DNA from: Ignavibacteriota bacterium
Lineage (GTDB): Bacteria; Bacteroidota; Ignavibacteria; Palsa-1295
Reading direction: 5' to 3'
Assembly (NCBI GenBank): GCA_963787835.1
Contig: CAWBEI010000002.1
Span: 480,001 to 544,000 of the forward strand
Length of the DNA: 64,000 nucleotides
Shown piece by piece: positions 10,051 to 20,498 of the stretch. The notes beneath the pieces are model-generated. The model was not told the origin of the DNA, did no database searches, and saw nothing but the letters and a program-made list of their open reading frames with translations. The number at the start of each line of letters is the position of its first letter. The stretch's first letter is position 1. The translations under genes and the position numbers were made by a program.

Positions 10051-10881
10051 ATGATCACGACTTTTCGAGGCAAATCCAGCATCGCAGCACACGCTATTCT
10101 CCTTGTCGGGTGCATAACGATGTTCTTCCCGCTGGTGTGGATGGTGCTGCTTTCGGTAAGTAATAACCCTCCGGGCGATGCTTCGATTGGCGAACTGCTT
10201 CGCGGCGTATTTACGCTTTCGAATTATACGGACGCATTGCGATCCGATCAATTTGGGATCTATTTTTTGAATTCCGTGCTGGTCGCTTCGGTGGTTGCTG
10301 TTGGCAGCGCATTGTTCTCGACCACTGTAGCTTATGCCTTCGCCCACCGAGAGTTTAAAATGAAGAACTGGCTCTTTGCGAGCGTTCTTGGGGTACTCAT
10401 GGTCCCTCCACATGTTGTAATGATACCGCTCTTTCGTGAGATCGTGAATTTTGGATGGATCAATACGTATTTTGCCCTTACACTTCCGTTCATCGTCACA
10501 CCGTTCGGGATCTTTTTGATGAGGCAATATATCGAAGGACTTCCAAAAGAATTAGAAGAAGCCGCTCGAATCGATGGTGCAAGAACAGTTGGTATATTGC
10601 GTAGCATCATTTTTCCGCTCTCTACACCTATGCTGGTGGTGCTTTTCATCTACCAATTCCTTACAACGTGGAATGCATTCTTATTCCCATTTCTCTTCGT
10701 CAATAAAGCGACCATGCGTACCCTGCCGGTCGGGCTGGCATTTTATCAGGGCAAACAGTCGATCGATTGGGGCCATCTGATGGCTGGCGCAGGGATGAGC
10801 GCCATCCCCGTGCTGATCTTATTCGCTGTGTTCCAACGTAAGATCATTACCGGATTCACCGCCGGCGCGCTCAAAGGTTGA
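10051..10881 (+). CDS. carbohydrate ABC transporter permease (MalG-like), no partner genes nearby
   Basis: EEAARIDGA EAA loop and about 6 TM segments. Confidence 0.92.
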   Translation: MITTFRGKSSIAAHAILLVGCITMFFPLVWMVLLSVSNNPPGDASIGELLRGVFTLSNYTDALRSDQFGIYFLNSVLVASVVAVGSALFSTTVAYAFAHREFKMKNWLFASVLGVLMVPPHVVMIPLFREIVNFGWINTYFALTLPFIVTPFGIFLMRQYIEGLPKELEEAARIDGARTVGILRSIIFPLSTPMLVVLFIYQFLTTWNAFLFPFLFVNKATMRTLPVGLAFYQGKQSIDWGHLMAGAGMSAIPVLILFAVFQRKIITGFTAGALKG

Positions 10882-10895
10882 GCATGTCCATGTTA

Positions 10896-11456
10896 TTAAT
10901 TCAACTTCAAGTATCGTTTCATTTTATCAAAACGAGTTTCCCCAATACCGTGGACATTCATTAGTTCTTCGAGCGTTCGAAAATTCCCACGCTCTGTCCG
11001 GTATGCAAGGATCAGTTCCGCGGTTGCCGGACCAACCGAAGGCAGCCGAATAAAGTCTTCTTTTGTGCCCAGATTCAATGAGATCGAATACGGCGTGAGG
11101 CCATCGGTCTTCGAATGAGGTTTTGCCTTTGCTCGACGTACAGCCTCGGGCAATAGAGAATCTTCAGGAAGCGAAAAGAAGAGAGAGTCCCGAGTATTTG
11201 CTGCACCTGAGAGTGCAAGAAAAAGGCTGTCTGCTCGACGCCTATCGAGAGTCTCACTCGAATCTCGTTTTTCTGGAAACCATGTAAAATATGTCTGCTT
11301 GCCAAAACGGAATAAGAGCACAGCGATCCCAATACCAAGGAATAACGCCAAAGCCCGAAATTCACGCGGTGTGTAGAATTGAGAACCAGCCGCTACGATC
11401 TGCCGGCGAATTTTGCTCAACCATTGACGGAGTTTTCCTGGGACTATTCTTCTCAT
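10896..11456 (-). CDS. ComEA-like helix-hairpin-helix DNA-binding membrane protein
   Basis: TM segment then LPSVGPATA and VHGIGETRF HhH motifs; start set at MRRIVP to avoid overlapping dnaJ. Confidence 0.8.
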   Translation of the reverse strand: MRRIVPGKLRQWLSKIRRQIVAAGSQFYTPREFRALALFLGIGIAVLLFRFGKQTYFTWFPEKRDSSETLDRRRADSLFLALSGAANTRDSLFFSLPEDSLLPEAVRRAKAKPHSKTDGLTPYSISLNLGTKEDFIRLPSVGPATAELILAYRTERGNFRTLEELMNVHGIGETRFDKMKRYLKLN

Positions 11457-11499
11457 CCCAGCGAAGTTACGGAAAAAATAGGAGTAGGACCAGAAACCC

Positions 11500-12702
11500 T
11501 TATGCGAAGATACTTCGAATATTCTCGAAGAGCCCGTCTTTGGAGGTCGCTTTCTTATGTCCCTTGCCCTGCTTGCCTTTTGGTTTATCCACCGGAGGCG
11601 CTTCTTTAGACGGTCGAAAATGCTCAAGGGTGGCGAGCCGTTCGAGAAGATCACGCTCCTCTTTCGTCAAATGATCGGGCGTAGCGATCTGTATTCGGAC
11701 GAGTTCGTCCCCTTTCCCGGAATGAGATAAATGTTGAATGCCTTTTCCTCGCATTCGAAGCAATGTCCCTGCCTGCGTACCCGCCTGGATCGTTAACAAC
11801 GAATGCCCGGCAAGCGTAGGAACTTCGACATCTGCTCCAAGCAATGCCTGCGGCACGGTGATCTCAAGATCAAATACGACATCATCCCCATCCCGCAGGA
11901 AATGATCGTGTGGAAGCTCTTGGACGACAACGAGCGCGTTCCCTGCCGGTCCGCCGCGCCGGCCCGCATGTCCCTGACCTGAAAGCGTGAGATAGTTACC
12001 TTCGCTAACGCCAGCGGGAATTTTCACGGAGAGTGTTGTTTCCTCCTGCACTCGGCCATCTCCATGGCAGACAGTGCATCGCTCACGGATCGTCTGGCCC
12101 GTACCTTGACAGGTAGGACAAACCGTCACATTCACAAATTGCCCAAAGCCCATAGAGCGAACCTGGCGAATTTGGCCTGACCCATGGCACATCTGGCATG
12201 TTTCGATCGCTGTTCCGGCTTTGGCGCCCGTGCCGGAGCACGTGGAACACGTTACTAAATGGCGAACTTTGATCTTCTTTTCAACGCCATCCGCGATCTC
12301 TTCCAGCGTGAGCGCTAACGGAATTTGAAGATCATTCCCACGCTCCGGCGCATTGGGATTGCGGCTTTGGCCGCCTCCAAAGAACTGCTCAAAAATGCTT
12401 CCGCCGCCCATGCCACCAAAAATGTCGGCAAAATGGGAAAAAATATCGTTGGTATTCTGATAGTGTCCAAAATCGGTCGCGCGAACGCCTTCATGCCCGA
12501 AGCGGTCGTAGCGGGCACGTTTGTCGGTATCACTCAATACTTCATACGCTTCGGTCGCTTCCTTGAATTTTTCTTCCGCCTCTCTATTGTCAGGATTGCG
12601 GTCCGGATGAAACTCCATCGCAAGCTTACGATACGACTTTTTGATCTCGTCGATCGTAGCTCCACGCGATACGTTTAGTATCTCATAATAATCACGCTTC
12701 AT
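11500..12702 (-). CDS. dnaJ: chaperone DnaJ
   Basis: J-domain HPD, G/F region, four CxxCxGxG repeats. Confidence 0.97.
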   Translation of the reverse strand: MKRDYYEILNVSRGATIDEIKKSYRKLAMEFHPDRNPDNREAEEKFKEATEAYEVLSDTDKRARYDRFGHEGVRATDFGHYQNTNDIFSHFADIFGGMGGGSIFEQFFGGGQSRNPNAPERGNDLQIPLALTLEEIADGVEKKIKVRHLVTCSTCSGTGAKAGTAIETCQMCHGSGQIRQVRSMGFGQFVNVTVCPTCQGTGQTIRERCTVCHGDGRVQEETTLSVKIPAGVSEGNYLTLSGQGHAGRRGGPAGNALVVVQELPHDHFLRDGDDVVFDLEITVPQALLGADVEVPTLAGHSLLTIQAGTQAGTLLRMRGKGIQHLSHSGKGDELVRIQIATPDHLTKEERDLLERLATLEHFRPSKEAPPVDKPKGKQGKGHKKATSKDGLFENIRSIFA

Positions 12703-12726
12703 GTATTAGCCGTACGCTCCCATTAA

Positions 12727-13239
12727 TTATTCTACCGCCTTTGACACGAACACTTTTGCATGGCGCAGAATAGCATCATGCAGAAAATATCCTTGTTGGA
12801 TCTCACGAGTGACCATACCAGGCGCAATATCGCTGCGCGGCTCTTCTAAGAGCGCATCGTGCTTCATTGGATCGAAGGCTTCGCCAACGGTCTGCATGGG
12901 GCGCACCCCATATCGTTCGAGCATCTTGAGAAAACTCTTGTAGATGAGTTCGACGCCTTGCGTCATAGGATCTTTTGCGGATAATGCATCTTTCGATTCC
13001 GAGGCGTGCTCAATTGTACGCTCAAGATCATCAATAATTCCGAAAAGATCCATGATGAGCCTTTTGTTTGCATCGTAGATCAGTTGCTCTCGCTCCTGCT
13101 GATGACGGCGGCGCATGTTTTCGAGCTCGGCAGTTCGCCGGAGCAGTTGATCGCGGGTACTGTCGAGCGTTCGCTCGACCTCGGCGATCTTGTCATCTAC
13201 AACATCCTCATTGATCAGATTTTCTTCGTTCTTCGCCAT
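12727..13239 (-). CDS. grpE: nucleotide exchange factor GrpE
   Basis: AELENMRRR, FDPMKHDA and GY..LRHAKV motifs; lies between hrcA and dnaJ. Confidence 0.95.
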   Translation of the reverse strand: MAKNEENLINEDVVDDKIAEVERTLDSTRDQLLRRTAELENMRRRHQQEREQLIYDANKRLIMDLFGIIDDLERTIEHASESKDALSAKDPMTQGVELIYKSFLKMLERYGVRPMQTVGEAFDPMKHDALLEEPRSDIAPGMVTREIQQGYFLHDAILRHAKVFVSKAVE

Positions 13240-13251
13240 ACATTTTAAATA

Positions 13252-14358
13252 TTATTTTATAGCCAATAGCCCGGACATGGCACGCGCCACATATTCTACG
13301 AGCGGTGCAATGCGCCCATAGTCCATTCTCTTCGGCCCGATCAAGCCTATAATACCCCGCTCCCCGCCGATCTGGTACTTTGTGCTTATAAGGCTATAGC
13401 CCGTCATATTCTGTTCTTCCAGTTCACTACCGATGCGGATTGCGATCCCTCCAGTGGAAATAGAAGAATCATTTCCTGCCGCCCCTTCGAGTACATGGAT
13501 CACGACCTCTTGATTATCGATGAGTTCTATAATGCTTTGAAATTCTTCATCGCGAGTCAGATCCCGGCGCTGAAATTCCGGTTGAACGAAAATATTTTTT
13601 GCACCGCTGATCTTTACACGATCCGAACCACTCTCGTCGAACAGCCTTTCCGGTGCATCGATAAAAAGCCGGAGAATCGATCGATCATGCTCAGAAAGAT
13701 CGCTCATCCGCTCTCGAAAGGTTGCTTTTACTTCCCGAAAGCTGCGTCCGGCCAGCCGCTCGTTGAGCAAAAATCGGAGTTCGTCCAGCTTAGATTGAGC
13801 AAGCACGTTATCCGTTTCAAGCGTCACCGTTCTTACTCGTCCACTCGATGCCGCAAGGACCACAAGCAAACGGTTCGAGGAAAGCTGGGCGATCTCTACT
13901 CGTTCCAGTATTCCCTCATCCAATGCCGGAAGCAATGCAATCGAAAGTTGCTGCGAGAGCTTTGCAAGAATATCAGAGGACGCTTCCAAAACATCCTCTG
14001 CCGTGACAGCATCCGCAAGCGACCGTGCAACTGCTTTGCGATCTGCTGGTGTCACATGTTCCCGAGCCATCAGGTCGTTTACATAAAGCCGGTAACCTTT
14101 GTCCGTAGGCATTCGGCCTGCGCTTGTATGAGGATGATCGACATACCCCATATACTCGAGATCCGCCATGATATTCCTAGTGGAGGCATCGCTCAAACCT
14201 AACGAACTTACACGCGCAAGGTAACGAGAGCCGACCGGATTGGCTGTCAGAACATAATGACGTACGATCAACCGTAATATTTCTCGCTGGCGCTCGGTTA
14301 ATTCCGCACTTTGTGCTGTCACTACAGATTGATGTCGCTGTTTCGTGTCCTCCTTCAT
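13252..14358 (-). CDS. hrcA: heat-inducible transcription repressor HrcA
   Basis: PVGS, ASTRNIMADLE..GY..HPHTSAGRMPTDKGYR and IGPKRMDY motifs. Confidence 0.95.
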   Translation of the reverse strand: MKEDTKQRHQSVVTAQSAELTERQREILRLIVRHYVLTANPVGSRYLARVSSLGLSDASTRNIMADLEYMGYVDHPHTSAGRMPTDKGYRLYVNDLMAREHVTPADRKAVARSLADAVTAEDVLEASSDILAKLSQQLSIALLPALDEGILERVEIAQLSSNRLLVVLAASSGRVRTVTLETDNVLAQSKLDELRFLLNERLAGRSFREVKATFRERMSDLSEHDRSILRLFIDAPERLFDESGSDRVKISGAKNIFVQPEFQRRDLTRDEEFQSIIELIDNQEVVIHVLEGAAGNDSSISTGGIAIRIGSELEEQNMTGYSLISTKYQIGGERGIIGLIGPKRMDYGRIAPLVEYVARAMSGLLAIK

Positions 14359-14444
14359 ATCCTTGGCGAAGAACACGTTGGTTTACGAAGGGAGTTTCGT
14401 GAAGCGTATTAATGGTGCTATTCTGTAGCATTCGTTTAAATCGG

Positions 14445-14478
14445 GACTGCCCGCCGTGGATAACCACGGTGGGCAGTC
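14445..14478 (-). terminator. hairpin downstream of giant surface protein copy A
   Basis: GACTGCCCGCCGTGG-ATAA-CCACGGTGGGCAGTC inverted repeat; identical copy at 20403-20436. Confidence 0.6.
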
Positions 14479-14540
14479 GCTTGATTTCGGTTGGGATGTT
14501 TTTTGCTTCCCGTATGTCCGTCTTACCGAGCTTTCCCGTC

Positions 14541-17500
14541 TTACTGTTTTTCGATGGTGAGCTTGCTCGAGAGCGTGGCGCTGCGGCCGTCGGCTCCGGT
14601 GGCGGTCATCTCATAGAGATAGCTGCCGCTCGGTAGCGAGGTCAGGTCGAGCTTCACGTTCTGGGTGCCCGCCTCGAACGACTGGTTCGTCACCTCGCTG
14701 TTGACCACCTTGCCCGTCACGTCCATCACCCGCAGCGTTACCTGCGAGGCTTCCGGAAGCGTGAACGATACCTCCGTCACACCGGCCGAGGGATTCGGAT
14801 AGCTCTGGCCCAGTGTAAAGCCAAGCTGGCTTGCATCCGGACCCAGTTCCACCGTATTCGAGTACGTCTCCGCACCCGTCTCATCGACCGCCGCAATGCG
14901 GTACGTGTACGACTGCGAAGGATCCAGACCCGTGATCGAGGAGGCATAGTCCGTCTGATCCGCGACCGCCGTCACCGGATGCAGCACCGTCCAGCTGTTC
15001 TGGTTCTGCTGCTCCACATCGTAGCGTACCACGTTCGGCAAGCCTACCACATCCCACGTGATCGTCGCGGCATTACCGCTGACCCGCTGAATGCTCGCAC
15101 TCACATTGTCGATCGGTAGGATCGTACCATTGTGACTGCGGAAGAAGGCAAAGGCTGCTGCAAGCGTTCGTGTCGTACCGCTCGTCAATGCATCCTGTGC
15201 CGCCGTGCTCGGAGACGTCTGGTGCGGGTTCGCCCAGTCAAAGGCATAGAACACCGTGTTCACCAGGGGATCGTAATACGATACACCCGCTCCATTGTTC
15301 GGATTGCTGTACGAGTAGTTCGAGTACGTGTACGCATACCCGTTGACCTTCGGACCCACCGCAGGCGTCGTCAGGGATGGCATGATCACGTTCGGTGTCA
15401 GGCTCGAGGTCAGATCCGTCGAGCATTCCTCGCAGTCACTCCCGTTCGGATTGACCGGGATCGAAAGGCTGTCCGCAAACGTCCAGTACGCCGGCTGCTG
15501 GCCCACGATCCGGCCAATATACGAGGAACTCGTCGGGTAGTTCGCCACATACTGTGTGTGCATCGTCGATTGCATCCATTGCGTATCCGTCACCGGATTG
15601 TTCGACTGCACATACCCATTGTAGTAGGCAATGTGCTGGCCCGCGATCACAAGGCTCTTCTTCGCATAGCTCTGCCCTGCGCCCAGATACCGCGTGATCT
15701 CATCCGTCTCCTGCAGCGTCGGACCGCCCTGACCCGTCGACTGACCGGCAACCGGGGCAACGCCCGGATCGCCGCTCGACCACACGATCGTCCACCACGG
15801 CGTGTAATCGATGATCGTCGTGTTCGGAAGGCCCTTCGGAGCGTTACGGTCGATCGTGTCGAACGGTACCCCTAATCGGTTCAACGCCGCGATCACCGAA
15901 TCACGGTTCTGACGGCCATCCGAGGCCGCACCATTATAGGAAAGCAATACCGCATTCTGCTTCAACAGGATCGTAAACGTCTTCGTCTGCGAGTTGTTCG
16001 CGTCGTTCTGGTCGTTCGGGACGCTCACCGTTACCCGGAACACCCCCGTGCTGTTCGACGCCGTCAACGCCGGACCCTGGAACGCGACGCTCTTCGACTC
16101 GCCCACCTGCCACGTCAACGGGGCAGACGTGCCCGTATACACCGTCGTCCATACACCATTGACCGAACGCTGCACCGTCGCCGTGACCTTCTGGCTATAG
16201 ACGCCTACGCTCGATAGGTTCTTCACCACGCCCGTGATCCATAACGGACTCTCCGTCGTCACTAAGGACGTGTCGCTCGTCTGCGAGAACCCGCCCGGCT
16301 GTGAGATCTCTAAGACCGCAAGATCGTTCGTGAACTGGAACCCGTCCCATTCATCCGCCCCGATGTCCGGGCTCGGATTGTTCTGCGAACGAACGTCTCC
16401 GTCGAAATCATGAGCCTCCGACGACGTACCAAGCCACGCGCCGTTGTTCGAGGCCGGACTTTCGATGTACGTCAAGGCCGGTGGCATGTGCAACGAATCC
16501 ACTCCCATCGCTGGCGTACCGAACAACGGATCGCCCGATAACGAGTGGCTGTCCTGACCCACATACGTACGCCAGTCGTTCAAACGGCGGAAGTACAGGC
16601 TCTGGAATACCGTCCCATACCGTGCGTCGTACTCCGTCACCGAGTCGAAGACGTTCGTGCCACGCAAATCGAATACGTTATAGTCCGAACTGATCGAACT
16701 TGCATACGGACGAGGTACCTCTAAGTTGTAGTTCGTGTACGGACCGGTGCCCGTGTTCTGGAAAATGTTGTTCCAGATGAACGCGTGCTTCGCGTATTTG
16801 ATCGTGATGTTCGATGTCGCGTTGTTCGTCGAGATCGAGTTGTTGAACACCGAATCCTTGTCCGTCGAATACGGAACCGTGCCCGACGTCGAAGAGATCG
16901 TCGTCATCAGGATCGGGAACACCTTCCCCGCGCTCGTACGAAGGTCTAAGATCATGTTGTTCGTCAATCGGTTCTGCGTTACCGCCGGTAACGTCGATTT
17001 CACATTCGTCAGACCCGTGCTCGTGTACTGCCACGACGACTGCTGCAGCGCGATCCCATGCGTGTTGCCCGCTGCCGATGTCATGATACGGATCCGGTTC
17101 GCATCGATCCAGGCACCCGTCACGTTACCCGTGTCACCCGCCCACTGAGGGTTCGAAGGCGGGCCGATGTACGTGTTCATGTTCGGCTGTACAATGCCAT
17201 ACACATTCCACGTCGCTCCGCCGCCCTGCGGTACTACGTTCGCGTTCACGTTCGAGATCTCGTTGTGTGAGATCACGATCCCGGTCTCGCTGTTGAACTG
17301 GATGCCCGCGTACGATAATGGGTTCGACGACGTACCTACCGTGTTCCGCGTGATCACGTCATTGTAGTTGCGCCACGTCGTGTACGCACCCTTCACCGGA
17401 TCGTACGCATCGTGGTACCCGTGATCGTAGATCCCATACTTCGCATTGCCAAGCTCGCAGTTGTTGACCGTGATATTGCTCGTCGCAACCGTATCGTGGA

Positions 17501-20150
17501 TCCCGGATGAATACACGAAAAAGTTGTGCTCGTTGTAGATACGAACCGCCGAGCACGAGTCGTTCGCGAACATCCCGTTCCCGTGGATCACCAGATCCTT
17601 CAGCGTGATGTTGCTTGCACCGTATTCGATACCGAAGACCGCACCCGCCTTCGTCTCGTTGCTGACGATCGTCAAGCCGCGCTTCAAGGGCTCTGCCGTC
17701 ACCTTGTCCGGGGACGGAACCGTCGACGGGTTATAGCCCTCGAAGTTCATATAACCAGGGAAGTGGTCGCCCATGTAAAAACAGAATGGCTGTGAGCCGC
17801 TGAACGTGATCGTCGGATTTTGGCCCGGATATGGGATCCATGTTACCGTCGAACTCGCCGAAAGGCCGTTGATCTGGCCAAGGTCCACCGCGCCATACGG
17901 AGAGGCCACATCGGTGTTCCCGTTCTCCGTGTAGGACGCATCCGTCAGGATCATCCGTACGTTCGCTCCGATACCGCGGAACCGCATCGTGTCCACCGCC
18001 TGATGGATCGTCTGGAACTGGCGCCCTACGCCCACATAGTAATCGCCCTTCAAACGGTCGATGATCGAAAACTGCGTGCACGACGTGTCGTTCGTCTGGT
18101 TCTCGTCGCTGCCCGCGCTGCTGCTGAAGTCTGCGATCGCGCACAGCGTGTAGCATCCCGGCGGGATCGTCGCGATCGTGTGGTATGCACCCGCGTTCGC
18201 TGTCGTTGGAAACTTGAACAGCACCTGACCCTGGTCGATGTTCAAGGCATCTTCTACCGTATCCGACTGGAATGCCAGCAACCCATCCGAACAACGGCGG
18301 ATCTGGCAACGGATCTTGAAGCTGAACAGGTCCGATACACCCACCGACTGGAACAGCGCCGATGGCTGCCACGTCGTCAAATACGGCTTCTCTTCACCCG
18401 GCTGAGGGTTGAACACTCCCACCGAGGCCGCATCGTAAAGTGGAAGGATCGGCGTCGGAGATTTCGTCGTGTCGTCCGCACGCAGCTGATCGTTACCCAT
18501 GATCGCAATACCGAAGACCGTATCCACGCCCAGCGTCACCGGAGTCCACGTCGGGCTTGAAGGGAACGCCGTATCGTAATACGCGCCTCTACCCGGACCC
18601 TGACCGCTCGAGGAATAATCCGTCACCCCATCCGAGTTGCCACCCATTGGGCCGGAAGGCCAGTATGGGATCACGACCGTGTCACGGAAGACCACTTTGC
18701 CCGTCGCGTCGTGTACCGTTGCCGTCACCGGTACATTGTATTGCGTGTCCGTTCCAAGGTTACGGAAACGGATCGAGATCGGCGTCGCAATATCCACCTG
18801 AGTACGGGAACCCGCCGGAGGATTGATCACCGAGACCCCCTTGATATCGTTCGGTGGAGCGCACGTCCACTCATCCGTCGATTGGTTGTCCGATGGATCC
18901 TGATCTGCCGTCGGCTGCAGATTGAACACCGTCATCGTGTCCTCGTAAATACCGTAGCCCGTGCTCTGCGCTTCGCCGAACTGCGCCGGTTCGCCAGGTG
19001 CGAACGCCGGGAACGTGATCGTCGTCTGGCTGAACCCTGCCGGGATCTGCGAGCTGTTCAGCGTGATCGTCTGATTATACACCTGGCCTACGCCATACTC
19101 CGAGATCGTGAAGTTCACCTGGCACGACGTCGAGACCTGGGAACCCGAATTAGCAAGGATCGCCGTTGGGGTGAAATACGTATTGATCGCCTGTGGAGTT
19201 TCGCTGGCAGGATTGGTGATCGTACCGGCCGTCAGATTATATGGCCAAGCAATCGCGATGCGGTAACTGACCTGCGGGAGCAACGGCTCCGTCGCGTTGT
19301 CTTCCGCATATCCGTAATAATCGACGATCGGCTGATTCGATGGGTTGCCGCCGTTGCCGTTCCAGCCAATGGTCAGGAAGTCGCCGCCGCCCGATCCCTT
19401 AATGCCGGTCAGGCCGCTGTAAGCTTCAATAAGCCAGCCGCCATAGGAGTAATAGTAACCCCAGCTCGAATTAAATGTACCACTCTGTGGACCATAATTG
19501 AATTGGAAACTCGATATACCGCTTTCATAGACAACAGCCTGAAAATCTCCATTGAGGCCGGCCGAAGAGCCGTATTCATATGCATAAAGGCCGAGGGTCT
19601 GCACGACGAGCTCGCGGTTCGGGGCAGAGCCTAAAACGGCATAAGAGCAATTCGGAGCCGGACCATACGTGAGGAAGCCCTCGAACGGTGCTAGCTTATA
19701 GTTTGGATAATAGGACTCATAAGGAGCATAGTCATATTCACTCTCCAAAAAATCATACTCATAATCCTCGTACACATAGCCATACTCACTCAGATAAAAA
19801 AAATCGGCATCATAATCGTACGCATAGTTGGCGGTCCAAGTGGGGCTAAAGATGACAGAACCGTATGAATTAACTTCAAAATTGCCGGTGGTGGCGATCT
19901 GTTGGTTTTCAAACCGGAACGCGAACGGCACCGTATAACTCGGAGACATCTGATAATAATATCCCAGACCCGAGACCGCCGTTCCGCTGATCGCACTCCA
20001 GTTCGGGCCTGAACCCAAACCCTGAGCATCAGGCGTCGTGATCATGTGCACAAGATAGCTTCTCATAGAGTACGTTTGCGCACGCACGACCCCGGTGGAA
20101 ATCAAGCCGAACGCAACGAGCATGATTAGGAAAGCGTAGAGTTTTTTCAT
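14541..20150 (-). CDS. giant T9SS-secreted surface protein, copy A (Tyr-rich variable N-domain, Ig/CARDB-like repeats, beta-helix-like region, FN3-like domain, CTD)
   Basis: signal peptide MKKLYAF..VRAQ; D..ND-ending Ig-like units; LGQSYPNP..GSYLY CTD. Confidence 0.85.
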   Translation of the reverse strand: MKKLYAFLIMLVAFGLISTGVVRAQTYSMRSYLVHMITTPDAQGLGSGPNWSAISGTAVSGLGYYYQMSPSYTVPFAFRFENQQIATTGNFEVNSYGSVIFSPTWTANYAYDYDADFFYLSEYGYVYEDYEYDFLESEYDYAPYESYYPNYKLAPFEGFLTYGPAPNCSYAVLGSAPNRELVVQTLGLYAYEYGSSAGLNGDFQAVVYESGISSFQFNYGPQSGTFNSSWGYYYSYGGWLIEAYSGLTGIKGSGGGDFLTIGWNGNGGNPSNQPIVDYYGYAEDNATEPLLPQVSYRIAIAWPYNLTAGTITNPASETPQAINTYFTPTAILANSGSQVSTSCQVNFTISEYGVGQVYNQTITLNSSQIPAGFSQTTITFPAFAPGEPAQFGEAQSTGYGIYEDTMTVFNLQPTADQDPSDNQSTDEWTCAPPNDIKGVSVINPPAGSRTQVDIATPISIRFRNLGTDTQYNVPVTATVHDATGKVVFRDTVVIPYWPSGPMGGNSDGVTDYSSSGQGPGRGAYYDTAFPSSPTWTPVTLGVDTVFGIAIMGNDQLRADDTTKSPTPILPLYDAASVGVFNPQPGEEKPYLTTWQPSALFQSVGVSDLFSFKIRCQIRRCSDGLLAFQSDTVEDALNIDQGQVLFKFPTTANAGAYHTIATIPPGCYTLCAIADFSSSAGSDENQTNDTSCTQFSIIDRLKGDYYVGVGRQFQTIHQAVDTMRFRGIGANVRMILTDASYTENGNTDVASPYGAVDLGQINGLSASSTVTWIPYPGQNPTITFSGSQPFCFYMGDHFPGYMNFEGYNPSTVPSPDKVTAEPLKRGLTIVSNETKAGAVFGIEYGASNITLKDLVIHGNGMFANDSCSAVRIYNEHNFFVYSSGIHDTVATSNITVNNCELGNAKYGIYDHGYHDAYDPVKGAYTTWRNYNDVITRNTVGTSSNPLSYAGIQFNSETGIVISHNEISNVNANVVPQGGGATWNVYGIVQPNMNTYIGPPSNPQWAGDTGNVTGAWIDANRIRIMTSAAGNTHGIALQQSSWQYTSTGLTNVKSTLPAVTQNRLTNNMILDLRTSAGKVFPILMTTISSTSGTVPYSTDKDSVFNNSISTNNATSNITIKYAKHAFIWNNIFQNTGTGPYTNYNLEVPRPYASSISSDYNVFDLRGTNVFDSVTEYDARYGTVFQSLYFRRLNDWRTYVGQDSHSLSGDPLFGTPAMGVDSLHMPPALTYIESPASNNGAWLGTSSEAHDFDGDVRSQNNPSPDIGADEWDGFQFTNDLAVLEISQPGGFSQTSDTSLVTTESPLWITGVVKNLSSVGVYSQKVTATVQRSVNGVWTTVYTGTSAPLTWQVGESKSVAFQGPALTASNSTGVFRVTVSVPNDQNDANNSQTKTFTILLKQNAVLLSYNGAASDGRQNRDSVIAALNRLGVPFDTIDRNAPKGLPNTTIIDYTPWWTIVWSSGDPGVAPVAGQSTGQGGPTLQETDEITRYLGAGQSYAKKSLVIAGQHIAYYNGYVQSNNPVTDTQWMQSTMHTQYVANYPTSSSYIGRIVGQQPAYWTFADSLSIPVNPNGSDCEECSTDLTSSLTPNVIMPSLTTPAVGPKVNGYAYTYSNYSYSNPNNGAGVSYYDPLVNTVFYAFDWANPHQTSPSTAAQDALTSGTTRTLAAAFAFFRSHNGTILPIDNVSASIQRVSGNAATITWDVVGLPNVVRYDVEQQNQNSWTVLHPVTAVADQTDYASSITGLDPSQSYTYRIAAVDETGAETYSNTVELGPDASQLGFTLGQSYPNPSAGVTEVSFTLPEASQVTLRVMDVTGKVVNSEVTNQSFEAGTQNVKLDLTSLPSGSYLYEMTATGADGRSATLSSKLTIEKQ

Positions 20151-20263
20151 AGACTTCAATGAATGGAAAAATAAGTGACTACAAATCGTTTTGCCCCAAA
20201 GGACGACCAGTTAAATAAAATAATACCTCAAGAATCGACCGGTTTTCCCCCAAGTATTTAACT

Positions 20264-20291
20264 CGACACGCCAGAACCACCGAAAGTTACA
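20264..20291 (-). promoter_or_regulatory. ECF-type promoter TGTAACTTT-N12-CGTGTCG upstream of copy A
   Basis: same motif and spacing at 26269-26296 and 34245-34272. Confidence 0.7.
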
Positions 20292-20402
20292 TCCCGTTCT
20301 CAATTTTTTTGAAAATTTCTTAGAGAATCCTAAAACTAAGGCTTTGTCATATCTCCTTTGGCAACCCACAATTTTATATTGTATTTACTGCGTTTAAATT
20401 GG

Positions 20403-20436
20403 GACTGCCCGCCGTGGATAACCACGGTGGGCAGTC
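20403..20436 (-). terminator. hairpin downstream of giant surface protein copy B
   Basis: identical to 14445-14478. Confidence 0.6.
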
Positions 20437-20498
20437 GCTTGATTTCGGTTGGGATGTTTTTTGCTTCCCGTATGTCCGTCTTACCGAGCTTTCCCGTC

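Noticed and set aside
14359-14432. CIRCE operator upstream of hrcA
   Set aside because: Only a short TGCTA..TAGCA inversion is present, with the wrong orientation and spacing
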